Part shown: one piece after another, positions 1 to 8,551 of the stretch
Position numbering within the stretch: the first letter of the stretch is position 1
Layout of the letters: each line of letters begins with the position of its first letter
From: Deltaproteobacteria bacterium
GTDB taxonomy: Bacteria; Myxococcota_A; Polyangia; Polyangiales; Houyiibacteriaceae
Length of the DNA stretch: 28,654 nucleotides
NCBI GenBank assembly: GCA_003647035.1
Contig: QMMB01000001.1
Span: 1 to 28,654 of the forward strand
Direction of reading: 5' to 3'
Notes under the pieces: generated by a model
Told to the model about the DNA's origin: nothing
Seen by the model: only the letters and a program-made list of their open reading frames with translations
Databases searched by the model: none
Position numbers and translations under genes: made by a program

Positions 1-2
1 AC

Positions 3-884
3 GTGCTCGAATACACGTACACCCGAAGCACCGGTCCGGTGGTCGGACGCTTCTTGGAAAACCTTCGGTACGAAGTGCTCGAAGGCGTCAAGACGGTCGA
101 CGGTCGCGTGCTTTGCCCGCCTCTCGAATACGACGAGGAGGGTGAACCGACGACCGGTGAGTTCGTACCGCTGCGTCCGTCGGGCACGGTGAAATCTTGG
201 TCATGGGTGCAGGAGCCTCGCAAGGGGCATCCGTTCGATCGTCCATTCGCTTGGGCCCTCATTCAACTCGACGGCACCGACAACGCCATGGTGCATGCCG
301 TCGATGCGGGCAAAGCCAAGCGAATGAAGACGGGGATGCGTGTTCGTTTGCGTTGGGCCGACCAGAAAAACGGGACCATCCGTGACATCGCGTGCTTCGA
401 GCCGATCGCTCCTTACCTGCCTGGTCCGGTGCATCTCGAGTACAAGGTGAACCCCGGGAAGCACTACACCGCCTATCTGCGCGGGCTGCAGGAGGGGAAG
501 CTCATCGGGGGCAGGGACCCGGAGGCGGGCAAGGTGTATGTCCCGCCTCGAGGGGCCGACCCCACGACGGGCAACCCGACGAGCGAATACGTCGAAGTGG
601 CCGACATCGGTGTCCTCACGACGTTCGCGATCATTCGCATCCCCTTTAAAGGCCAGAAGCTCACGCCGCCGTATTGCTTCGGGGCGATCGTGCTCGATGG
701 CGCGGACAGTCCCATCTACCATCTGATCAGCGGTGTCCCGCACGACGAGATCCGCATGGGCATGCGGGTCAAGGCGAAGTGGAAGCCCCAGGACGAATGG
801 GAAACTTCGCTCGAGAACATCCTCTACTTCGAACCCACGGGCGATCCAGACGCCCCGTTCGATAGCTATAAGGAACATCTCTAG
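3..884 (+). CDS. Tandem DUF35 OB-fold protein (Rv3521-like accessory partner of Ltp aldolases); probably 5'-truncated by the window edge
   Basis: Two internally repeated OB-fold units (GxVxSW/TTF...ALIQLDG/AIVLDG...GMRV). The C-terminus FDSYKEHL resembles Rv3521 (YDTYKHHL, from memory). The frame is open at the left edge and the stop overlaps the ltp4 start. Confidence 0.85.
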   Translation: MLEYTYTRSTGPVVGRFLENLRYEVLEGVKTVDGRVLCPPLEYDEEGEPTTGEFVPLRPSGTVKSWSWVQEPRKGHPFDRPFAWALIQLDGTDNAMVHAVDAGKAKRMKTGMRVRLRWADQKNGTIRDIACFEPIAPYLPGPVHLEYKVNPGKHYTAYLRGLQEGKLIGGRDPEAGKVYVPPRGADPTTGNPTSEYVEVADIGVLTTFAIIRIPFKGQKLTPPYCFGAIVLDGADSPIYHLISGVPHDEIRMGMRVKAKWKPQDEWETSLENILYFEPTGDPDAPFDSYKEHL

Positions 885-1939
885 TGCGTGACGTCGCCAT
901 TGTTTCCTTCTCGCAGCTCCCGTCGGTCAAGGCGATCGAGGCGGCCGATGAGCCCGAGCTCGTCCAGCCCGTCACCTCGGACGCGATGAAGCAGGTCGGT
1001 CTGACGCAAGATGACATCGGCTTCACGTGTTCCGGCAGCACCGACTACTTGCCGGGCCGTGCGTTCTCTTTCGTTGCAGCGGTCGACGGTCTCAAGGCGT
1101 GGCCTCCGATTCGCGAGTCACACGTCGAGATGGACGGCGCCTTTGCGCTCTACGAAGCTTGGGTGCGGCTGATGCAGGGGGATATCGACACCGCGTTGGT
1201 GTTTTCGTTTGGCAAGAGTTCGCTCGCGGCCGTTCCAGACGTCCTGAACCTGCAGAATGACCCCTACTACGTCCAGCCGCTCGGGCTCGACTCGATCAGC
1301 GCCGCGGCGCTTCAGGCGCAGGCCTTGATCGACAGCGGCAAGGCGACAGAGCGTGACTTCGCCGAAGTGGTTGCCCGCAATCGCAAGAACGCGATCGACA
1401 ACCCGAACGCGCACATCAAGGGCGATTTCAGCGTCGATGCAATGCTCGAAGAGCCCTATATCAGCTCCCCATTGCGCAAGAGCTTCTGCCCGCCGTTGTC
1501 CGACTCGGCTGCCGCGATCGTGCTCGCGGTCGGCGATACGGCGAAGAAGCTGGCGAAGCGGCCCGCTTGGATTCGCGGGTTCGACCATCGGACTGAACCA
1601 CATGCACTGGGTCAGCGCGACCTCACGACCTCGCCGTCTTCCAAACTGGCCGCCGAAAAAGCCGGCCTCGGCAAAGGCGAGGTGGACGTCGCGGAGCTTC
1701 ACGCGCCGTTTGCGCACCAGGAGATCATCTTGCGAGAGGCGATGGGCCTTGGTGATCGCGTCAGGGTCAATCCGTCCGGCGGGGCACTGGCGGCGAACTC
1801 GCTGATGACCGCGGGGTTGATTCGCTTCGGGGAAGCGGCGAACCGAGTGCTTTGCAGGGACGCGGATCGCGCACTCGCACACACGACAAACGGCGTCTGC
1901 CTTCAACACAACCTCGTTGCTATCTTGGAGGGCGAGTAA
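884..1939 (+). CDS. ltp4: Thiolase-superfamily lipid-transfer protein, Ltp4-like (putative steroid side-chain aldolase subunit)
   Basis: CSGSTDYLPGRAFSF, ESHVEMDGAFALYEAW, FSFGKSS, VNPSGGALAAN and ALAHTTNGVCLQHNLV closely follow M. tuberculosis Rv3522/Ltp4 as I recall it. No canonical thiolase CxSG cysteine. Syntenic with Rv3521-like and ltp3. Confidence 0.85.
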   Translation: MRDVAIVSFSQLPSVKAIEAADEPELVQPVTSDAMKQVGLTQDDIGFTCSGSTDYLPGRAFSFVAAVDGLKAWPPIRESHVEMDGAFALYEAWVRLMQGDIDTALVFSFGKSSLAAVPDVLNLQNDPYYVQPLGLDSISAAALQAQALIDSGKATERDFAEVVARNRKNAIDNPNAHIKGDFSVDAMLEEPYISSPLRKSFCPPLSDSAAAIVLAVGDTAKKLAKRPAWIRGFDHRTEPHALGQRDLTTSPSSKLAAEKAGLGKGEVDVAELHAPFAHQEIILREAMGLGDRVRVNPSGGALAANSLMTAGLIRFGEAANRVLCRDADRALAHTTNGVCLQHNLVAILEGE

Positions 1940-3087
1940 TGGCTGAGCAGTGTGCAGTCATCGGGATCGGTCAGACCAAGCATCGAGAGAGCCGGCGCGA
2001 TCTGTCGATTCCCGGCTTGGTCCGAGACGCCGCCATTCGCGCTCTACGAGACGCCGACATGACGTGGAAGGACATCGACTCCATCGTCATCGGCACTGCG
2101 CCCGACATGTTCGAGGGCGTCATGATGCCCGAACTGTGGTTGTCGGATGCTCTCGGTGCAGCTGGCAAGCCAATCTTCAGGGTCCACACCGCGGGCTCTG
2201 TCGGAGGCTCGACCGCGGTCGTTGCGTCTCACCTAATTCAAGGTGGCGTGCACGAGAAAGTGCTCACACTTGCGTTCGAGAAGCAGAGCGAGGCCAACGC
2301 GATGTGGGCGTTATCGCCCGTGGTCCCCTTTCAGCCGCAACTCGTAGCGGGTGCTGGCGGTTACTTCGCGCCTCTCATCCGGTCGTACATTCGCCGAGCC
2401 GACGCGCATCCCGACACCGGCTGCATGGTTGCCGTCAAGGACCGTCAGCACGGTTTGCTCAATCCGAATGCGCACCTTCATCTTGATCAAACCCTCGAGC
2501 AAGTGAAGGCCTCGCCGATGCTGTGGGACCCGATTCGATTCTCGGAGACCTGTCCCTCGTCCGACGGCGCGGTGGCGATGGTGCTCGTTAGCGAGAATCA
2601 CGCTGACCGCGTGAAGAACCCGGCATGGGTCAAGGGCACCTCGGTGCGAACCGAGCGCACGTTCTTCGCGGGGCGCGATCAGGTGAGTCCGGCCGCCGGG
2701 AAGCTGTGCGCGAAGGACGTGTACGACGAGGCCGGTATCACCAATCCTCTCAAAGAGATCGACTGCGCCGAGGTGTATGTGCCGTTCTCGTGGTTCGAGC
2801 CGATGTGGCTCGAGAACCTGGGTTTTGCCGAAGAGGGCGCAGGCTGGAGGATGACCATGGACGGCAAGACCAAGATTGGCGGCGCGATGCCGTTCAACAT
2901 GTCCGGTGGCGTCATGTGCACCAATCCGATTGGCGCCAGTGGTATGCTTCGATTTGCGGAAGCCGCGCGTCAGGTGCGCGGGACCGCTGAACAACACCAG
3001 GTTGACGGTGCAAAGGTGGCCCTTGGTCACGCGTACGGCGGTGGCTCGCAGTTCTTCGCGATGTGGATCGTGAGCTCGGAACGCTGA
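1939..3087 (+). CDS. ltp3: Thiolase-superfamily lipid-transfer protein, Ltp3-like
   Basis: APDMFEGVMMPEL, RVHTAGSVGGST, EKQSEANAMWAL, ETCPSSDG, EVYVPFSWFEPMWLENLGF and GHAYGGGSQFF match Rv3523/Ltp3. Start moved to the ATG at 1939, which overlaps the ltp4 stop (TAATG). Confidence 0.9.
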   Translation: MAEQCAVIGIGQTKHRESRRDLSIPGLVRDAAIRALRDADMTWKDIDSIVIGTAPDMFEGVMMPELWLSDALGAAGKPIFRVHTAGSVGGSTAVVASHLIQGGVHEKVLTLAFEKQSEANAMWALSPVVPFQPQLVAGAGGYFAPLIRSYIRRADAHPDTGCMVAVKDRQHGLLNPNAHLHLDQTLEQVKASPMLWDPIRFSETCPSSDGAVAMVLVSENHADRVKNPAWVKGTSVRTERTFFAGRDQVSPAAGKLCAKDVYDEAGITNPLKEIDCAEVYVPFSWFEPMWLENLGFAEEGAGWRMTMDGKTKIGGAMPFNMSGGVMCTNPIGASGMLRFAEAARQVRGTAEQHQVDGAKVALGHAYGGGSQFFAMWIVSSER

Positions 3088-3100
3088 GCCCGGAGAAACG

Positions 3101-4705
3101 ATGGAATACAATCTTGCAGATCTTTACGAGGCCATCGCGGATGCAACTCCCGACAATATGGCTTTGGCTTCAGGTGACGTGCACCACACGTATGCAGAGC
3201 TGGACAAGCGAGCGAACCGGCTCGGGCACTACCTGCAATCGCGGGGCATTGGAGCGGGCGACCACATAGGCCTTCATCTGTTCAACGGCCACGAGTTCGT
3301 GGAAGCGATTTTGGCGCTCTTCAAGATCCGCGCCGTCGGGATCAACATCAACTACCGCTTCGTGGGCCCCGAAGTGCGCTACATGATCGACGACGCGGAC
3401 CTCAAGGGCATCGTGACACAGCGACGGTTCGTTCCCGTGATCAACGAGGCCACGCAAGGTCTCGAGCCACTTCAGGCGCTCATCGTGATTGAGGACGGCG
3501 TGGACGCCATCGCCGATCAGGAGTCGATCGAGTACGAGACCGCGCTCGGGCAGGGCTCCGAGGAGCGGGATTTCGGGCCTAGGTCTGGCGATGACTTGTA
3601 CATCATCTACACCGGCGGCACGACCGGGATGCCCAAGGGCGTCATGTGGCGCCACGAGGACCTTTTCTTCTCGGGGCTCCAGGGCGGATCGCCCGGCGGC
3701 GAACCGGTCGAGTCCCCCGAGCAGCTCGTCGAGCAAGCCAAGGACGGATGGTACACGGTGACCATGCTTCCGTGCGCTCCGTTCATACACGGCGCAGCGC
3801 AGTTCACGCAGTGGATCTGTCACCTGACCGGCGGAAAGCTCGTGTTGCAACACGGGCCGAGCTTCGACGCGGGTCGCATTCTCTCCTTGGTCGCCGAGGA
3901 AGATGCTTCAACCTTATCGCTCGTGGGGGATGCCATGGCGATCCCTCTAATCGACGAGCTCAAGGCCGGCGACTACGACATGTCGAACCTCACGGTGATT
4001 GCGTCGGCCGGCGCCATCCTCTCGCCAAGCGTCCAAGCCGAGATCGAAGAGCTTCTCCCCGACGTAATGATCATCAACAGCTTCGGGACCAGCGAGTCGG
4101 GCGACCTCGGCCGCGCTGCCCGCGATGAGGACAGCCACGAGGGCCGCCCTTCCTTCTACATGGGGGAGGACGTCACCGTCTTGGACGAAGAGGGTAAACA
4201 GATCGAGCCGGGCTCCGGCGAGATCGGCATGGTTGCTCGCTCGGGCCGCTTGTCCCTCGGCTACTCCGCGGCCACCGAGAAGACCGCCGAGCGCTTCAGG
4301 GAGTTCAACGGCAAGCGCTGGGTCGTGCCCGGCGACTTCGCTACCGTCGAAGAGGATGGGCGCATCACATTCCTGGGCCGTGGTAGCAAGTGCATCAACA
4401 CCGGCGGCGAGAAGGTCTTCCCCGAAGAGGTGGAAGAAGCGCTCAAGGCGCACCCGGACATTATCGACGCGCTCGTTGTCGCTGTTCCGGACCCCCGCTT
4501 CGGCTCGAAGGTTGCGGCCGTGTTCAACACGCGTGACAACAAGCACCTTTCGCTCGACGAAGTGAAGGAACACTGTCGAAAGCATGTCGCGAGGTACAAG
4601 CTTCCGCGACAGATCACCATCACCGAGACGGTCTCCCGCATGCCGAGCGGAAAGCCGGATTACCCCTGGGCGGAGAAAATCGCCCGCGACCAGGCGAGCG
4701 CGTAG
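3101..4705 (+). CDS. fadD19: Acyl-CoA synthetase, FadD19-like steroid-CoA ligase
   Basis: AMP-binding YTGGTTGMPKGVMWRHED, GDAMAIPL, FGTSESG, INTGGEKVFPEEVE and GKPDYPWA match the FadD19 subfamily. RBS-like GGAGA upstream of the ATG. Confidence 0.8.
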   Translation: MEYNLADLYEAIADATPDNMALASGDVHHTYAELDKRANRLGHYLQSRGIGAGDHIGLHLFNGHEFVEAILALFKIRAVGININYRFVGPEVRYMIDDADLKGIVTQRRFVPVINEATQGLEPLQALIVIEDGVDAIADQESIEYETALGQGSEERDFGPRSGDDLYIIYTGGTTGMPKGVMWRHEDLFFSGLQGGSPGGEPVESPEQLVEQAKDGWYTVTMLPCAPFIHGAAQFTQWICHLTGGKLVLQHGPSFDAGRILSLVAEEDASTLSLVGDAMAIPLIDELKAGDYDMSNLTVIASAGAILSPSVQAEIEELLPDVMIINSFGTSESGDLGRAARDEDSHEGRPSFYMGEDVTVLDEEGKQIEPGSGEIGMVARSGRLSLGYSAATEKTAERFREFNGKRWVVPGDFATVEEDGRITFLGRGSKCINTGGEKVFPEEVEEALKAHPDIIDALVVAVPDPRFGSKVAAVFNTRDNKHLSLDEVKEHCRKHVARYKLPRQITITETVSRMPSGKPDYPWAEKIARDQASA

Positions 4706-4741
4706 CGCATGCCGACAAGTACCCAAGCCCAAGAGGAACCC

Positions 4742-5716
4742 ATGTCCACCGCACGAGAAAAAGAAGAGGAGCTTTTTCCTGGCTTTCCGCGTGGTTGGTT
4801 TGTCATCGGAATCTCCAGCGAGCTGGCGCCGAGCGACGTCAAACCGATCAAGTACTTCGACCGAGAGATGGTCTTGTACCGAGGCGAAAGTGGCGCGGCG
4901 ATCGTGCACGACGCGTTTTGCCCGCACCTAGGAGCACACCTCGGTCATGGGGGCAAAGTCGTCGGAGAGACGATTCAATGTCCGTTCCACGCCTGGCGGT
5001 TCGACGAAACCGGTAAGTGCGTTGAGGTGCCCTACGCCAAACGGATTCCGCCGCGCGCCTGCGTGAAGAATAACCCTGTCCAGGAGCACAACGGGTTGAT
5101 CTGCATGTGGAATGCCCATGTCGAGGGCGAGGAGCCCACCTGGGAGATCCCCGACGTCCCCGAATACGGCAGTGAAGGCTGGACCGATTGGGGTTCTGTT
5201 CTCATCGACATCAAGACGCACCCGAAAGAGATCGTCGAGAACCTCGCTGACAAGGGCCATTTCGGTCCGGTTCACGGGACATGGGCCAACGAGTTTGGAA
5301 ACGAGTTCAAGGACCACATCGGTATTCAGTACGTCAAAGGGGTTGCGTATCCGCGAGGCGGCGGCGAGGATCACTTCGAGCTGCAATCTACGTACTACGG
5401 GCCCGGCTACATGCTCACCGAGATGCAGAGCGTTCTGCCGAACATCATGCTTCTGTGTCACACCCCGGTGGACAAGAACAACGTTCACGTTCGAATCGGC
5501 GCGATGATCGACATTTCGAACGTCAAAAAGGGTAAAGAGCAATTCGAGCAGGGCTACCGCGAGAACATCATCGTCGGTTTCAAAGAGGACATCGCGATTT
5601 GGGAAAACAAAAAGTACCGAACGCGACCGATTCTGTGTGACGGTGACGGCGACGTGGGAGCTCTGCGCCGCTGGTATCAGAAGTTCTACATGCCCCAAGC
5701 AGAGGTTGGATATTAG
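4742..5716 (+). CDS. kshA: Rieske non-heme iron steroid oxygenase, KshA-like (3-ketosteroid 9-alpha-hydroxylase / Neverland superfamily)
   Basis: Rieske motif CPHLGAHL...CPFHAW. Mononuclear Fe motif ENLADKGHFGPVH. KshA-like C-domain TYYGPGYM, LCHTPV, FKEDIAIWENK and LRRWYQKFY. Start chosen at ATG 4742 (GAGGAA RBS); an alternative ATG is at 4709. Confidence 0.7.
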   Translation: MSTAREKEEELFPGFPRGWFVIGISSELAPSDVKPIKYFDREMVLYRGESGAAIVHDAFCPHLGAHLGHGGKVVGETIQCPFHAWRFDETGKCVEVPYAKRIPPRACVKNNPVQEHNGLICMWNAHVEGEEPTWEIPDVPEYGSEGWTDWGSVLIDIKTHPKEIVENLADKGHFGPVHGTWANEFGNEFKDHIGIQYVKGVAYPRGGGEDHFELQSTYYGPGYMLTEMQSVLPNIMLLCHTPVDKNNVHVRIGAMIDISNVKKGKEQFEQGYRENIIVGFKEDIAIWENKKYRTRPILCDGDGDVGALRRWYQKFYMPQAEVGY

Positions 5717-5718
5717 AA

Positions 5719-6297
5719 ATGGATGACCGAGCCAAGCGCATCGTTGAAACGGCCGTCGCACTCGCGGAGCGCGACGGATACCAGGCGGTACGGCTGCGGG
5801 ACGTTGCAGCCAGTGCACAGGTAGCGCTCGGCACGGTCTACAAGCGTTTCGCCAGCAAAGAGGAGATCCTCATCGCGGCGTTGGAGCAAGAGAGCGAGAG
5901 GCTCGTCGCTAAGATCGGCAAGAAGTCGGTTCCGGGCGACGGCCCACAGGAGCGGGTGCGCTTTGTTTTTACCGCGCTGACGAAGGGGCTTCTTCGGCGG
6001 CCGAATCTTGCCAAGGCCTTGGTCCGGTCGTTGGCGTCTGGGGACCCGAACATCACCGAGCGCGTGGCGAGCTTCCACGCCCTCATCACGGCACTGGTCA
6101 TGGCGGCGATTCGCGGCGAAGCGGCCGCCGACGAGAGTGAGTGGGGGGGCGACGTCGACGAGCGCGAGCGCACCATCTCCTCGATCCTGCAGAACGTGTG
6201 GTTCGCGTCGTTCGTCGGATGGGCCGGCGGCCTCCACGACGGGCCCCAAGTCCTCGAAGACGTCGACAAAACGGCGAAGCTTCTGCTAGCGGCGTAG
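5719..6297 (+). CDS. kstR: TetR-family repressor, KstR-like
   Basis: HTH GYQAVRLRDVAASAQVALGTVYKRFASK resembles KstR (GYEAVQMRAVADRADVAVGTLYRYFPSK). C-domain ISSILQNVWFASFVGW resembles KstR IARVISDVWLSNLLAW. It sits in a steroid operon with a KstR box nearby. Confidence 0.7.
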   Translation: MDDRAKRIVETAVALAERDGYQAVRLRDVAASAQVALGTVYKRFASKEEILIAALEQESERLVAKIGKKSVPGDGPQERVRFVFTALTKGLLRRPNLAKALVRSLASGDPNITERVASFHALITALVMAAIRGEAAADESEWGGDVDERERTISSILQNVWFASFVGWAGGLHDGPQVLEDVDKTAKLLLAA

Positions 6298-6334
6298 GCG
6301 AGGGCCCATTACTTCCACGCAGCGATTTCGATGG

Positions 6335-8446
6335 GTGCTTCCTTGCCCCAAGGGGTGCGAGGACACGCTTGCAGAAGAGGTGCGAAACCTCGACGTGGAA
6401 GTCACCGCTGTGCGGCCAACCGCCGTGCATGCGCGCGGCACGTTGCAAGAGGGATATCGGTTGTGCCTGTGGTCTCGCGTCGCATCCCGGGTCTTGCTTC
6501 CGCTCGTCGAGCTCGATGCCGAAGACGACACCGCTCTCTATGATGCGCTCCGCGGGGTCGCTTGGTGGGAACATTTCGACGCCAATCAGACGTTCGCGAT
6601 TGGCAGCTCTCAGGCTCCGAAGAGCCCTTTCCCTTCGCACTACTGGGTGCAGCGAGCGAAGGATGCGATCGTCGATAGCTTTCGGGATCACTCCGGTACG
6701 CGCCCGAGCATCGACAAGAAGGACCCGGCGATACGGTTTCACCTGCACATCGGCGAGTCGCATCACGAGCTCGCCCTCGATTTCTCGGGGGAGGGCTTGC
6801 ACCGGCGGGGCTACCGGCAGGCGGGCGGCAAGGCTCCGCTCAAGGAGAATCTAGCCGCGGCCATTCTATATCTCGCCGGCTGGCCGCAAGCGGCGCGCAA
6901 GGGCCTGACGCTGATGGATCCGACCTGCGGCTCGGGCACGTTCTTGATCGAAGCAGCCTTGATGGCGACGAACTGTGCGCCCGGGCTCTTGCGAGCGCGC
7001 TTTGGGTTCGAGGATTGGCTGCGGCACGACGATGCGGCGTTCGCCACCGAGCGAGATGCCGCACTGACCGCGCGCCAGGCCGAGTGTCCGGCGAGGATCT
7101 TTGGCTGCGACGCATCGGAGAAGGCATTGTCGTACGTTCGGGACAACCTCGCGGCGGCAGGGGTCGAGCAGCACGTGTCGCTGGCCGTGAAGGAACTGTC
7201 TGCCGTCGAGAAGCCCGCTGAGGGTGGCATCCTCGTGTGCAATCCCCCATACGGTCATCGGCTAGGTGACGAGGGCACGCTGTTCCTGTTCTATCAGGCG
7301 CTCGGCGATACGTTGAAGCGCGTCTTTGACGGATGGACCGCCTACGTGTTTGCGGCGCACGGCGGCAACCTCAAGCACCTCGGACTTCGACCGACGCGCC
7401 GCCACGTTCTGTACAACGGTTCGATCGAGTGCCGTCTGGTAGAGATCCCCATACGCGGTGTGGTCGGGGGAGAATCGGCCAGGCCGCCGGGTTGGCGAAA
7501 GCCCAGCGAGAAGGCCCAGATGTTCGCCAACCGCATCAAGAAGAACAAGAAAAAGTGGGGGAGATGGGCGAAGCGCAGCGGCATCGAATGCTACCGGATC
7601 TACGACGCGGACATTCCGGAGTACAACGTCGCCGTTGATCGCTATCAGACCAAAGCGGTGGTTCACATCTTCCAGAAGGAGCGAGACGCCAACGACGACG
7701 GCGCGAAGCAGCGAGTTCAAGACGTGTTGATGACGCTTCCCGATGCGCTGGGCATCGACCCTGACGACCTCATCGTGAAAGTCAGACGCAAACACGACGA
7801 GGGTGACCAGTACGCCCGCATCTCGCAGCAAGAAGCTGAGATGATTGTCGGTGAGGGTGACCTTCGCTTCGTGGTGAACCTGGAAGACCGGATCGACACG
7901 GGCCTCTTCTTGGACCACCGCGCAGTGCGCGCGTACGCAGCGGAGCAATGCAAAGGGAAGCGCATGCTGAATCTGTTTTCGTACACCTGCTCGGTGAGCG
8001 TCGCGGCGGCGGTCGGCGGCGCCAAGCAGACCACGAGCGTCGACCTCTCGAACACCTACCTCGACTGGGGCAAGAAGAACTTCAAGGCCAACGATCTCGA
8101 CGTCGCAAGACACCGCTTCATCCGCGACGACGCCACCCGCTGGATGGCCAGAGACCGCAACAGCTACGACTGGATCTTCATCAACCCGCCCACCTTCTCG
8201 CGCTCTAAGATGAGCAAGGGCGACTTCAACATCCACAAGGACCACAAGGCGCTGATCGAAAGCGCCATGAGCTCCCTAGACAAAAAGGGCGAGCTCCTCT
8301 TCACCACCCACGCCCGGGCCTTCGAGTTGGACGAGGTAATCACAAGCCGCTTCCACGTCGAAAACGTGACGAAGCAGTTCGTCCCCCCCGACTTCGTCCG
8401 ATACCCCTTCCAAGCCTTTCGCCTGAGGACACACTCCACCCGCTGA
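6335..8446 (+). CDS. rlmKL: Bifunctional 23S rRNA methyltransferase RlmL-RlmK (m2G2445 / m7G2069)
   Basis: YRLCLWSRVASRVLL, GLHRRGYR, APLKENLAAA, DPTCGSGTFLIEAA, NPPYG, CYRIYDADIPEY, DTGLFLDHR, LNLFSYT and INPPTFS. The start is uncertain (GTG 6335 versus a non-canonical ACG at 6317). Confidence 0.95.
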   Translation: MLPCPKGCEDTLAEEVRNLDVEVTAVRPTAVHARGTLQEGYRLCLWSRVASRVLLPLVELDAEDDTALYDALRGVAWWEHFDANQTFAIGSSQAPKSPFPSHYWVQRAKDAIVDSFRDHSGTRPSIDKKDPAIRFHLHIGESHHELALDFSGEGLHRRGYRQAGGKAPLKENLAAAILYLAGWPQAARKGLTLMDPTCGSGTFLIEAALMATNCAPGLLRARFGFEDWLRHDDAAFATERDAALTARQAECPARIFGCDASEKALSYVRDNLAAAGVEQHVSLAVKELSAVEKPAEGGILVCNPPYGHRLGDEGTLFLFYQALGDTLKRVFDGWTAYVFAAHGGNLKHLGLRPTRRHVLYNGSIECRLVEIPIRGVVGGESARPPGWRKPSEKAQMFANRIKKNKKKWGRWAKRSGIECYRIYDADIPEYNVAVDRYQTKAVVHIFQKERDANDDGAKQRVQDVLMTLPDALGIDPDDLIVKVRRKHDEGDQYARISQQEAEMIVGEGDLRFVVNLEDRIDTGLFLDHRAVRAYAAEQCKGKRMLNLFSYTCSVSVAAAVGGAKQTTSVDLSNTYLDWGKKNFKANDLDVARHRFIRDDATRWMARDRNSYDWIFINPPTFSRSKMSKGDFNIHKDHKALIESAMSSLDKKGELLFTTHARAFELDEVITSRFHVENVTKQFVPPDFVRYPFQAFRLRTHSTR
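7985..8428 (+). repeat. Direct repeat copy 1 (3' 148 codons of rlmKL)
   Basis: Manual codon alignment with 11338-11781 gives 444 bp, 35 substitutions and 2 single-base indels (~92% identity). Confidence 0.95.
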
Positions 8447-8551
8447 GAAGCAGCGTGGTATCGTGCACTTTGGGGAGCAGAAGAGTGATCCCTGGGGACG
8501 GGAGCGTGGCCTTTTCTTTCGCAAGGGAGGTCTACGGGTCATAACGCGGGG

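Noticed and set aside
4246-4310. FadD19-like segment RLSLGYSAATEKTA instead of the usual PxGYYKDxxKTA
   Set aside because: This region varies between family members and may include base-call errors. The core AMP-binding and catalytic Lys motifs are intact, so it is too weak to call.
3947-5818. Long minus-strand ORFs (326 aa and 296 aa) opposite fadD19 and kshA
   Set aside because: They are shadow ORFs, expected at this GC content.
6331-6543. ATG at 6331 as a frameshifted rlmKL start (MGAS-CPKG if one T were removed)
   Set aside because: The in-frame upstream reading RFRWVLPCPKG matches RlmL N-termini better and needs no indel.
8447-8551. Possible att core, terminal inverted repeats or promoter at the cassette's left junction
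   Set aside because: Only weak similarity to 11312-11337 and a poor -35/-10 match; no supportable site.
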